NCBI GenBank assembly: GCA_951406725.2
Contig: OX597823.1
Span: forward strand, 106,702,001-106,766,000
DNA: 64,000 bases
Reading direction: 5' to 3'
Source: Octopus vulgaris
Taxonomy: Eukaryota
Made by a program: the position numbers and the translations under genes. This document shows positions 27,208 through 40,680 of this stretch, piece after piece. Within the stretch, counting starts at the first letter, position 1. Each line of letters opens with the position of its first letter. A model generated the notes under the pieces. That model was not told the origin of the DNA and made no database searches. It saw only the letters and a list, made by a program, of their open reading frames with translations.

Positions 27208-28057
27208 GGATCCCTATATAATATTAGCAGGGAGTTTACTATTTCGAATTGACACAGAATGTGAACCTGAGTATCTACTCCGATATTAGATATTACACTA
27301 TTTAATGTTCAGTTCCCAACATATCTTAAGATATTTTAAAAGTCATCTTTGCTATTGGTATAGACTATACTTTGCTGAGAAGGTTTAACAAGACAGGAAC
27401 ATGTCTGAAATTGTTATTCCACTACCAAGGTCATACTTACTTGCTACATGCTTTTCTGGCAAAAGCTTCTTCACAAAATCCTTTGTAACTAGAATTGGTA
27501 ATTAAGCTATGATTATGCTTCTCAATACCACAGATGGAAATTTGATTCATATTTCATACCTCACTGTTTAGTTTTCCAGTAGAGCAGAGCAGAGCATGTC
27601 TTCCTTTATTTTTCATAGTTATTTAACTCTACTCAGATGGCCCAGAATATATCTCCTTGTCAATTTCTGTGATAGGATTGTTGCAGCAACACCATTCCAA
27701 TTCAGCCAGAAACAACCCTATAACTCATTCGTTGTGTTTCTTCAAGTATATCTATGCCATTTAAATTATACATTAATTAAATAAATAATTTAAATTGCTC
27801 TTTAAACTAAAACCCATATTTTGAATAAAATGATGACGTAATGAATTAAAAATTATCTCCACTCCTTTCGACAGCACCTCAAGCGGTGCATATGATCCAG
27901 CTGTCAATTCTTGTTAATTCCCTCTCCTGGTAATTAGTTTTAATTTCTTCTATAAATTAATGTTAATTAGCTCTTTTAGCAGATTAGAAAGAGTGTTTTA
28001 ACTTAAGTGAGTTCAACTATGGCAAGACTCCACCACCACGGCCACTACCAAAAAACA

Positions 28058-28100
<43 letters not shown>

Positions 28101-28104
<4 letters not shown>

Positions 28105-28485
28105 ATAAATATTAGGGAATAAATCCAAATTTACAGGGAAAAAAATCAGATTTAGGATTAAATCCAATTTTATAGTAAAATATTATAAAATATTATTAGA
28201 GACAAAACCACTATTTTGCAAAACAAACAAGGAAAGACTTAATCAATACATAAAATTTTAATAAATAGTCTAAAAAACCGCCACTACAATCGTTTCTTGT
28301 CTTGATCGACAATCTTCAGGTGGACTTCCAATAAGTCAATTTCAAATTGACAAGTCCACCTGAAGATTGTCGATCAAGACAAGAAACGATTGTAGTGGCG
28401 GTTTTTTAGACTATTTATTAAAATTTTATGTATTGATTAAGTCTTTCCTTGTTTGTTTTGCAAAATAGTGGTTTTGTCTCTAATA

Positions 28486-28489
<4 letters not shown>
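28101..28489. mobile_element. Palindromic non-coding PLE-type element in (TA)n (138-bp arms 28190-28327 / 28352-28489)
   Basis: Arms appear to be exact reverse complements with a 24-nt spacer; (TA)n on both sides; hammerhead in each arm. Confidence 0.9.
28356..28398 (+). ncRNA. Type I hammerhead ribozyme (mirror copy on minus strand at 28281-28323)
   Basis: ccac-CTGAAGA-ttgtc-gatcaa-gacaa-GAAA-c-gatt-gTA-gtgg; all three stems pair; GUA site. Confidence 0.85.
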
Positions 28490-28544
<55 letters not shown>

Positions 28545-28546
<2 letters not shown>

Positions 28547-28755
28547 GTAACCACGTGTGTATCGTTGGTGATTTTCTTTCTCCGTCTTCCCTTCCTTGGG
28601 CCTTTCCTTTATCTATGTTTCTGACGAAGAGCTCCGCTCGAAACGTTAAATCCTCCTTCTTTCTTTCCTTTCCTGAGCGTTTAATAACACTATACTTGTT
28701 CCACGTCCTCGCGTTGTTGTATTTTCTCTTTGTGTTTTCATGTTTGGATTAACTA
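28545..28755 (+). mobile_element. Solo PLE terminal-repeat fragment in (TA)n
   Basis: Contains a minimal hammerhead; 3' part is the reverse complement of 50190-50270 and resembles the end of the PLE at 15528-15660. Confidence 0.75.
28617..28651 (+). ncRNA. Minimal (dimer-type) hammerhead ribozyme
   Basis: gttt-CTGACGA-a-gagc-tcc-gctc-GAAA-cgTT-aaat; loopless palindromic stem III ACGT. Confidence 0.8.
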
Positions 28756-29068
28756 TATATAAATATATATATATTACTAAACTGTATTTTATTTTTCTCT
28801 GCCACCCAACAGATTTTGAGACTTTATCAACTTTACAGACTAGATCTGCCGATTAGCTTCTTACAAACGGGTCGTTCCATGATCACATGACCATACTATC
28901 AGTTATAGTACTTGGCGCCGTTTGGAAGTGTTCTGTCAGGAAATTTATATCTTTCGTATTTTTGTTAAATGTCCTATATTAGAAACAACAATAATAATAT
29001 TAATAATAACAACAACAACAACAAGAAAACAACAATAATAGTGCCAACAACAACAAAAACAATAACAA

Positions 29069-29102
<34 letters not shown>

Positions 29103-29124
29103 AATAATAATAATAATAATAATG

Positions 29125-29190
<66 letters not shown>

Positions 29191-29381
29191 CTGCTGAAAA
29201 TAAGACATTTGTACCAACTCATATAATGAGAAGTAATTTGCATAATTACTGGTAATTTCTCTTTAAGTTGAACTAAAAAGAAATGTGGAACATTCAGTAC
29301 TGCTGATGGTAATGGTGGTGATGTAGGTGGTGGTGCTTATGGCGGTGGTGGCAGGGAGCAGTTCTATTGTAAACTTACATA

Positions 29382-29420
<39 letters not shown>

Positions 29421-29840
29421 TTACATACATATGCATACTTACACACACGCACGCATACACACACACACATATATATGTATGTATATCGTATACAGAGTAG
29501 AGTTCACCCTTAATGACTGTGGATCGGGGAGTAAGAGAGAGCTATTAGAATGTATGAACTTCCGCACCCCACGGTATAATTGCGACGAGCTTACTCTGTT
29601 TCTACTCTCCTACTCTATCTCGTGTTTTGGGAGGGTCATTACGCCAATAATACGCATACATACACACACACACACACATACACATATATATATACATAAA
29701 TATACATATGTGAGTATGTGTACGTATATATATATGTACATACACATAATATATATATATATATATGTCAAAAAATGTATATATATAAGTATAATCTCCC
29801 TATTTCTTTCTTTTTTTCTCTCAGCACAGACAGACACGCA

Positions 29841-29892
<52 letters not shown>

Positions 29893-30291
29893 TACATATA
29901 CTTATTCATATAGTTTCTGATGTGCTAATGCGTGAGATGATCCTCTTTGGATTAAGACAGCTATTCAGACCCTGTTAAACTCATATTTCAATGTGGTACA
30001 CTTAACGTATAAAGAGCATATGTGTGGATTTAGGCTATAACGTAGATGAGTCTCATAAAGATGAAGTAATCACAGGCAACAAATTAATTCGAAATCTTTG
30101 TCTTAAATGATAGGTCTGTAAAAACAATAATTGATTTTAATTTTTTTAATGAGATCATTGAAACGATTGTAATCAAGAAGAAATATCAATAATTTGTTTC
30201 TAATATATATGTGAGTGGTGGTGGAAGGTCGCGCGTAGGTGCGTATATGTGTGTGTATGTCTGCCTGCATACACACACACACATATGTGCA

Positions 30292-31544
30292 CTGGGTGTC
30301 CCAAAAATGTATACACACTTTAGCAACTAATAACTCAATTGATGCTTTTTCTATACAGATTAAACTCACTGGAATCAATGATAGCAGTCGGACTAAACTT
30401 TGAACAAAGAAAATTCATTCTAAATTTGTACTGGAAGTGTGAAAACGCAGTTGAAGTCCAAAGACAGTTTAGGAGGAAGTTTCAAACAGATCCAGCAACG
30501 CGACTGACCAGCACCCGAATTGGAGATAAGTTTAAAGCTAATGGAACTGCTCAGAATGTCCACGAGAAACGTTCAGGAAGACCACAAACATCGCCAACCC
30601 CAACAAAGCAAGAAGGAGTGCTGGAAAAGTATCCCCAAAGTCCAAGAAAATCCGTGCGGCAAGCGAGTCGTGAGGTAGGGATTTCAAAATCGTCTGTCTT
30701 ACACATTTTGAAACGTTGTCAATGGAAAAGTTACGTTCCAAGATTAGTCCATGCTATTAATGACGATGATTGAGACCAAAGAATGCAGTATTACGAGTGG
30801 TACTTGACACGATGTGTAGAAGATGCACACTTTCCAACAAAGATTGTGTGGAGTGATGAGGCCATATTCAAATTAAGTGGTACAATTAACCGCCACAGTT
30901 GCACTTACTGGGGACCTGAGTATCCACGTGTTATGGTGGAACACCGTGTTAATTTACCAGGAGTTACACTGTGGTGTGGATTAGCATCAAGAGGATTAAC
31001 TGGACCATTCTTTTTTTGATGCTACAGTGACTGGTCCCGTTTACTTGAACTTGCTGCAAAAGTCTGTCATGCCAAGCATGAGAGAAGACTTTGAAGATGA
31101 GGAGTTTTATTTTCAGCAAGATGGGGCACCCCACCACACCACCATCGCGATGTTTGATCCGTCCTTGATGAGATCTTGCCATATAGGTGAATTGGACAAA
31201 GGGGTTTCGTTGAATACCCTCCGCGTTCACCAGACCTCCTCACATGGAGATACCTAAAAGACAAAGTCTACGCTATGAAACCTGTAACAGTTGCTGATTT
31301 CAGAGCAGCCATTGAACGAAAATGCACACAAATACCAAACGAATTATTTCGTGATGTTTGCGATTACATCGCTTCGAGTTGTCAGCAGTGCCTGGAGCAG
31401 AACGGACGTCAGTTTGAAAACAGGCGCTGACAAAACAATAAAATAATGTCTGTACATGCTATTAAATTTTGAAAATGAAATGTATTTTAATAAACACACT
31501 TCACAATTATTTAAAGTGTGTATACACTTTTTAGGGACACCCTG
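30292..31544 (+). mobile_element. Tc1/mariner transposon (DD41D/rosa-like), near full length
   Basis: TIRs ctgggtgtcccaaaaatgtatacacacttta / taaagtgtgtatacactttttagggacaccctg|TA. Confidence 0.93.
30378..31430 (+). pseudogene. Transposase pseudogene
   Basis: HTH region ([24 protein letters not shown]), [50 protein letters not shown]; one in-frame stop and at least 2 frameshifts. Confidence 0.93.
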
Positions 31545-31559
31545 TATATATATATATGT

Positions 31560-31597
<38 letters not shown>

Positions 31598-31669
31598 CTG
31601 TGTGTCTGTGTGTGTGTGTGTGCGTGTGTGTGTGTAGAGAGAGGGAGAGATTGAGAGACAGGTACACAT

Positions 31670-31878
31670 CTTTTATTTGTTACTGGTTTCAATCATTAGA
31701 CTGTGACCATGCTGGGGCATCGCTTTGAAAAATTAGTTGACTGAATCGACGACACTAACTTATTTTTTAAGTCATGTACTTCTTCTATCGATCTCTTTAG
31801 CCGAGCCGCTAAGTTACGGGAAAGTAAATGCATCAAGGCCGGTTGTCAAGCAGTAGTGGTGGTGGGGGGGGACAAACT

Positions 31879-31925
<47 letters not shown>

Positions 31926-32046
31926 CGGGCTTCATTCAGTTTCTGTCAACCAAAGAAGACACTTGCCCAAGATGCCACACAGTGGGGCTGAACCCTAAAC
32001 CATGTGTTTGGGAATCAAGCTTCTTACCACTCAGCAACGCTTGCGC
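31670..32046 (-). mobile_element. SINE family A
   Basis: Reverse complement of the family A tail, internal (TA)n and head. Confidence 0.8.
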
Positions 32047-33024
32047 TCATACAAATAAATATTATTCATGTGTTACAATAATGTAGTCCCATTTTCATGT
32101 CAATTTTACCAGTGGGGATCGCATACTAAAGTTCTGGAAAACCAATCTCAACACTAGTCAGAAGGTTTGGTATTCCATGACATTAGGAGTCAAAAAGACC
32201 CCCAGCGTCATGGACCTTACGCTATACCTTTCCTATAAGTCTCTGATGAGTACCGAAATTGGCTTCCCAAATTCTCGTGTATGAAACCAATTAGCAAAAT
32301 GTACTGAAACGGGTCCGTGATACCATATTATATAAATGTCCCCGCTTTTTTTCTGACTGGATGCTTAGATGACTATCTGCATGTGTGTGTGTGTTTGTGT
32401 ATGAGTACAGGTATGAATGTAATTTTGTTTGCATGTATGTACAAAGATATGTGTGGGTGTGCGTGTCTGTCTGTGCCTGCATATGAGTGTGCGCGCGCGC
32501 GCGAGCGTGTGTGTGTTTCGATACCGCTAGCTGTATGCGATAGCTAACGATAGCGCGCATCCTCATTCTGACACATGCAATTTCCTTCTGTTTAAATGAT
32601 TTAGACTACAACTATTAACACTTTGATCAATTATCACCTGGAATGGAAAATAACCAAATACAGAACCGACAATAGAAGTAATTTGTGACCATCTAACTGC
32701 TAGAATCGGCAGTCAAATCTCCCTCAAATCACACCTGTGTGCAGTAAAAGATGGAATATTCGATGAAATATATGATGTAATATATCAAATGGTTGGAACC
32801 TATTTGATTACAGGTGTGCTGGAACAGAGCAGTTTTGGAGCATGGATTAAATATTAATGTGTGTCAAATTGAAGGTTACCAAAAACTCTATAATTCTCAT
32901 TAAGTTAGGTGAGCCATCTAACAACACTAAACGATAATTCGGTTCATGAAGCAGATCATGTCTCCCAGCACAGAAATTGTACAAGGTGTATCAAAATCTC
33001 TCCGGAAAATGATGGTGATAGATG

Positions 33025-33450
33025 CAGGTGAGGCTGTGTGGTAAGAAGTTTGCTGCTTCCCAACTACGTGGTTCCGGGTTCAGTCCGACCGCATGGCACT
33101 TTGGGCAAGTAACTTCTATTATAGTCTCGTGCCGACCAAAGTCTTGTGAGTTGACATGGTGGACGGAAACTGAAAGAAGCTCGTCGTATGTGTGTATGTG
33201 TGTGCACGCGAGTGTGTATGTTAGTGTGTGTGTGTGTGTCTTTGTGTCCGTCCTTATCTACTACCACCGCTTGACAACCGTTTTGGAGTGTTTATGTTCC
33301 CGTAAGCCAGTGGTTCGGCAAAGACGACCGATTTAATAAGTACCAGGTTATAAACAGAAAATAACTTCTGGGGTGAATTAGCTCGACTAGAATTCCTCAA
33401 GGCGGTTCTTCAGCATGGCTACAGTTCAATGACTGAAAAAAGGAAAAGAT
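33025..33450 (+). mobile_element. SINE family A, full length
   Basis: ggctgtgtggtaagaag...ggttccgggttcagtcc...ttgggcaagt...gacggaaactgaaagaagc. Confidence 0.85.
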
Positions 33451-33803
33451 TAAAAAAACAAAGAAAGATGGCTTCAACCCCAAACTAAAAAAATATCTAA
33501 TACATGTTTCCTATTTGGATATTACAAATATGCTTGTTACAGAGGAGACATGTTTGTTACAGGTCGGATATAACTGAGCAAAAGTTCCTTCTAATGGTAG
33601 CATTATGAGCATGAATGTGTTCAAGTGGCATCCTGGAGATTCTCTTATGAATTCAAAATGTATCTTAATCCTAGTTCAACACAATGAACACATCACACCG
33701 CCATATTTCTCTTCTGTTGGCGCAAATGAATGACCCTCAGAAATTAAGTTGATTACCTGGTACAGGACAAATACATAAACGATAAGATATCACTAGAAAA
33801 CGT

Positions 33804-33929
<126 letters not shown>

Positions 33930-34291
33930 ACGTAACCCAATCATTTATAATTTAAGAGAGTGTATAAATTGATAACAGAACGTTGCGGATTATGTGTATA
34001 TGTATAAACTACACGCAATGTGGATGAATTTTGCGGTTAGTAACAAGGTTAGTAACAAGGCCCGCGATCATGTGATGGACGTGTGTGTGCGTGTGTGTGT
34101 GAGAGAGCGCGGGCGTACGTACATTGCACAAGGATATATATACATATGTATATATATGCGTGTGTGTAAATGTATATGTTCATGAGCGTGCGTGCGTGTG
34201 TGTGTGTATGTATGTATATGTATATGCATGTCGAAGAAATCATGAACAGGAAAAGCTTTTCGAAATGAATGAATGTTCACATATAGATGTA

Positions 34292-35304
34292 CGAGGGCGT
34301 ACCCAAAAGAAACCGGAATTTTGTAATATTTTATTCACTTAGTTGTATATATTTACACTTTTATCGCCTCAAAGTATTCTCCATTTGAAGTAATGCACTA
34401 TCGGTCCAGAGGAGTTTGCCGCTGTTCCAAGCAGTCTATTAACACCCCTGTCGTTTTTTTTTTCGTCACCTTTTCCACATCTACAAAATGGTTTCTTTTA
34501 AGGACTTTTTTCATTGACGGTAACAAAAAGAAAGCTGCAGGGAGCAAGATCGGGTGAATAACAAGGGTGGGTAAGCGGGGTCATGCCATTTTTGGTCAAG
34601 AACTGTCTCACACTCAAGGCGGCAGTGCGCAGGCGCATTGTCGTGGAGAAACCACCACTCTCCACTTGGCCACAGATCGGGATGTTTTCGTCTCCCCGCG
34701 TCTCGCAAACGCTTCAGAGCTACCAAGTAAAATGTCTGGTTAACAGTTTGACCAGAAGGAGCAAATATTGTGTGGACAATTCCTTTTTTGCATCGATGAA
34801 ACAAATCATAATCGTTGCAGGAGCTCCAGGACACTCCAGTCATATAAACAATTTCGGTGACGGTCCTCCAAATTCATGAATTTTCGTAATGTTTCCATTC
34901 GTTCGGTAGGTTGACGGTCGCTCTGAACGAGATTGGTCTTCAAATGACAAATGACTATTCTTAAAGCCTAAAAATCAATTGTAAACATGTGTTTTGCTCG
35001 TGGCAGCGTCCTTGTAAGCTGTTTGAAGTATGTCAGCTGTTTCTGCCTCCGTTTACCCCAGCAGAAAACAGAATTTCACAGAAATACGCCTTTCCTTCGT
35101 TTCAGCCATCACAAAAATCGTAGGACAGAGGAGAAGCACTGTAAAAGAAAGATATACTGCTTGGCTGTACGACTCCACGCCACGACGTCGGTCGGCAGAC
35201 TGATGCCTGAGGGATGCATCAAGTGGCTTGTAGCGGCGATAGCCTGAACTACAATGGGCTTGACCCATAGAGAATGATTCCGGTTACTTTTGGGCAACCC
35301 TTCA
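34292..35304 (-). mobile_element. mariner (DD34D, irritans-like) element, deleted and decayed
   Basis: TIRs TA|cgagggcgtacccaaaagaaaccggaat / attccggttacttttgggcaacccttca|TA; peptides ERRISVKFCFLLG, GQTVNQTFY..LKRLRDA.RRKHPDLW, LHDNAPAH, HPCYSPDLAPC. Confidence 0.92.
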
Positions 35305-35680
35305 TATGCAAACATGCACATAGAGTATCTTTATCAACAGATAAAGCAATATCAAATTTAACTAAATATCGAATTCAACTAACAGAATTTAACTAAAATA
35401 TTCGCTGATGAAGATCAATAAACCTGAAACATATCTTAAACTGAAAGGTACATAAATACACACACGCTTATGTTTGTGTCTGTGTCTGTGTCTGTGTGTA
35501 TGTGTGTGTGTTTATACATGTATGTATTTGCCTGAATATATATATGTTTGTATTCGTGTGTGTGTGTATATGTCACTCGGTGTGCAATGTTGACGTGTCC
35601 GCGGGAAACTAGGTGCAGTGACGGAATGAAACAGATGTAGTAGCACCAACAACTACTAGAACTCATGCAACAACAGTTGT

Positions 35681-35741
<61 letters not shown>

Positions 35742-35794
35742 ACTACTACTACTACTACCACCACCACCAGCACTACTACTACCACCACCACCAA

Positions 35795-35832
<38 letters not shown>

Positions 35833-35833
35833 T

Positions 35834-35875
<42 letters not shown>

Positions 35876-35876
35876 C
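35681..35876. repeat. (TAC)n/(CAC)n/(TGC)n compound microsatellite
   Basis: Direct reading. Confidence 0.95.
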
Positions 35877-36405
35877 GTGCTCATGACAACAATAAACAGA
35901 CGTACATAATAAGCAATGTTTCAAAGCTATAATTCTTGCTACTGGTTTAGTGGCCACACCCACTGGACCTAACCACACACAACCAGACGGGAGCTTTACA
36001 TCCGTTTGTCAGCAATAATACCGGGCGCCTAGTTGCCCGGAAGTAGGAGATTAGCAACTCATTAAATATTTCATCTAAAACACATAAACACACGCACATA
36101 CACACGTGTCTATTTAGATGCAGTAGATATATTAATATGTACATAAATACGTACATACATGCTTACACACACACACACACACACATATGGGTATAGACGT
36201 ATACATATGTATTAAAGTGTGTATATATACATAAAATCTGTGGGAAAGCGTGAGAGAGGGGGTGAAGTGAGAGAGAGACTGAATATCAGTCGTAGTTCTG
36301 AATGTAGACTTAGTATACTATATGTATTTCATTACAGCTTAGTGGATGTGTACGTACAAACATGGATCCACACAAACATTGATACATATGCATATATTAC
36401 ACCCC

Positions 36406-37052
<647 letters not shown>

Positions 37053-37055
<3 letters not shown>

Positions 37056-37926
37056 AAAAGTAAAAAATAAATACAAACTGGGACAAGAACGTGAAACACC
37101 TAGGAGACGACACAAGAACCACAGGACGGGACATTCGAAGCCCTCAGTCATCAGTCAAGAACCATAACATCTTCGCAATTTCGGCTGATTAATCTTGAGA
37201 TTGCTCCGATCTGGGCAGCCCCAAGGGAAATCTAAGCCAAGCGCATTAGATCCCTTGGAAGAAAGCTTCGAATGTATACAACACAAGGACGGAAAACGAA
37301 CGATGTACACGAATAAAAATACAGAATACGTGAAAACAATAAGGAAAGCACGAATAAGAAAACAAAAACGTAAAAACAATAACGGTAAGGATAAAAAACA
37401 AAACAAAACCAGGACGTAGGACAAGGGTCTTTCGACAGGACGAGTTGAGTTGGGGCTGGCTTATGGAGTTGTGCCTTATGGCCGCGGGAGACAAACAAAA
37501 ACGTGTTGCTTCGACGACTGCTGGAACGAAAAGGGCGCCCAGCGGTGGCTAGCGGTCACGTTAGGACAAAAGACAGGAGAAAGGGACAGATGAGGAGAGA
37601 GAGAAGGTGGACAAGGGAGGAGAAGAAAGAGACAGATCGAGGGGAGTGGAGGTAAGAGAGGTAGAGAAGCGTAGGAGGGGGGGACGGATGAAGAGAGAAA
37701 GAAAGAAGGGGAATAAGGGAGGAGGAGAGAGAGAGAGAAAGAGACAGATCAAGAGTCGTATCAATGCTAGAGAAAAATACTTAACGTATAAGGACAGAGG
37801 TATGGATAGAGAAGCCGCCATTATATATGTAAAAAGTAAAAAATAAATACAAACAGGGACAAGAACGTGAAACACCTAGGAGACGACACAAGAACCACAG
37901 GACGGGACATTTGAAGCATCAGTCAG

Positions 37927-37928
<2 letters not shown>
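37053..37928 (-). mobile_element. Non-coding PLE-type element with a partial tandem terminal repeat
   Basis: Direct repeat 37053-37157 vs 37829-37925; (TA)n on both sides; purine-rich plus-strand body as in the PLE at 15.7-16.3 kb. Confidence 0.8.
37131..37275 (-). ncRNA. Candidate non-circularly permuted hammerhead ribozyme
   Basis: Intact CUGAUGA, GAAA and AUC with stems UCAAGA/UCUUGA, GGCUG/CAGCC and GCAAU/AUUGC in non-standard order; covaries with 14867-15007. Confidence 0.65.
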
Positions 37929-38009
<81 letters not shown>

Positions 38010-39534
38010 GTAAACAGAGTTTGCGGTTATAGTAACCGACTAAGAGATAAAATATCCATATGTACTATCGGTATCCGTTACCCGTGTTATCCCCGGGCAT
38101 TGTTGTGTAGGCACACTATGCACGTAGAGTGCAGGTAATAACAGGGTGAACAAAGGTTTATCAGGAAACAAATACAAATTATCAGAAAAATGGAGAAAAC
38201 CTCAGATTAACAAAGAGATCCATGGGACCACATTTTTGTTTTAATACAAAGCATGACGTAACAAGTAGGTGACGTAACAAATCTTAGGGCCGTTTCCGCA
38301 TCCGTTGCCATACGCTGTCTATAAATAATTGCGAAAATGAAATTCTTCTTCATAGGACATTCGGATTAAGGCACGGAGCTTCATCAGCGTAAAAAACAAG
38401 AGCATCCAATATAAATAAAAGGAAGAAGGAATAGGAAAGAAAACATGGCCTAGAAAACAAGTCTAGAAGTCCAATATATTAAAAGCATATACTCTACAAT
38501 ATTGGGGCTACGTAGATAAAAGAGTGAGCAAGTAATGGTCTAGGGAATACTAAAATCTTTTTAAGAGTAGTTTCAATTTAAGGAATGGGGACAAGATTTT
38601 AAAAATTTATGAAAAGTTTATGAAAAGAAGTTATCAAAAAAATAATACAAGGAAACTTACTAGCATGTTTATCAAAGGGCAGTACCAATGCTAACGAAGT
38701 AAACTCGAGTAAAATTTATCTAAAACATTACTGTAGGGTGCCTAAGAAAGTGTACTCGCAGAAATATTACCGAGAATCCCACCTATGGTCCAGAATAGGG
38801 CAAGTCTAAGTCCAGCGATCTCTACAATTGGTCAGTTACAATTTGATTCGAGGTCACAAGTTAAGAAAAGAATAAAGGGTCCGGGGGAGAAGACGATGAT
38901 ACAAGTGGTACCGTCGTTGTTATTGTTACAGTTCTTGTTGCTGCTATTGTGTTTGATGTTGTCGTTGTTGTTGTGCTCATGCTTGTTGACATGAACTTAA
39001 TATTACTTCAGTAAAGTTAGTTACCGAACACTGCTCACCGTCGTGTATTCAGATGGTGTACATTTTGTGACGAAAGCGATCGATGATTTTTCTAGAATGT
39101 TTGTGGTGAAAACATCGGTAAATACCAACTGGGACATTTACAATATATTAAGTATTAAGTCAGTTGAAGTTAACATTGCTGACTCGATAAATAAAATATT
39201 AATAAAAGAAAAAAAAAAGAATGGCGCCATTTTAATGTACAAAATATGACACTAAAACCGTGTTAAGCATCTTTCGTTTTATGTGGGAAACTTTTAGAAC
39301 TTATATTTTGATTTAATCGATGTCACTTTATTATTGGTTATCAATTTATCGATTGTGAAGATATAAAAGACTAAAAAGTATATCTGATACCGATTGATCT
39401 TATAAATCAGAACATAGATATTCAAAACGAAATACTTTAAAGTAATTAGACGGTTAGAAACAATCACTGCTAGATTAACCTAATTCTTCTGCAATATATA
39501 TAGAAATAATGAAATGACATTTAATTGATGACAG

Positions 39535-39744
<210 letters not shown>

Positions 39745-39745
<1 letters not shown>

Positions 39746-40290
39746 CAGTACCAGGCAGTGGCTCTCATGGCTTCTGATCTTAACTGATTGGAAGTGTTAT
39801 CATGTACATTGTTCTGTCTTGGTGTAAAAGATGGGCTACAGCAAATATTCTGCTCAATACCACAGATTTGCTTGTCAGTTGTTTGACCTTAACCAGTTGA
39901 GCATGTCCCTTAGTGGCTGACGATATGTGTATCTCTGATCACGAGCAGAAGTAGTGGGGGAGCATCATAGCCATGTGTTGAGAGGGATTCTTTGGGGTTT
40001 GAATAATTCACCTCTGGAGACATGGGTGGTTTTTTCAACATCCTAAAACAACCCTTATTCAGGGACCGTTTGAGCGGGATGGGCTACTCAACCTGAAGAA
40101 AATTCGAACTGGGCCCCACCTGCAAGGTCATGTGCAGTTTATCTTGATATGAGATCACCATGTCGCGCACATATGGTTGTGATGCATGTGCCTGGTGTGC
40201 CCTTATCAGACGGGTAGTCATGATGGGTATATTGGGCTTCGTATATTTTACCCCAGTGTCACTTTGATGGCATGAACTGCTCTCTCACTC
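39745..40290 (+). mobile_element. About 546-bp non-coding element embedded in (AAT)n
   Basis: Starts gcagtaccagg and ends ctctctcactc(aat)n; highly similar copies at 40681-41243, 59359-59811 and 1630-1892 (minus). Confidence 0.88.
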
Positions 40291-40438
40291 AATAATAATA
40301 ATAATGAGAAGAAGAAGAAGAAGAAGAAGAAGAAGAACAATAACAACATCAATAACAATAACAATAACAATAACAATAACAATAATAATAATAATAATAG
40401 TAATAGTAATAATAATAATAATAGTAATAATAATAGTA

Positions 40439-40498
<60 letters not shown>

Positions 40499-40555
40499 GT
40501 AATAGTAATAGTAATAGTAATAATAATAGTAATAGTAATAGTAATAGTAATAGTA

Positions 40556-40647
<92 letters not shown>

Positions 40648-40680
40648 AATAATAATAATAAAAGTAATAATAATAATAAT
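40291..40680. repeat. Compound (AAT/AAG/AAC/AGTAAT/GAT)n tract
   Basis: Direct reading. Confidence 0.97.

Noticed and set aside
32243-32270. CTGATGAgtaccGAAA hammerhead-like core
   Set aside because: Stem II is too short and there is no stem I or III complementarity or NUH site; likely chance.
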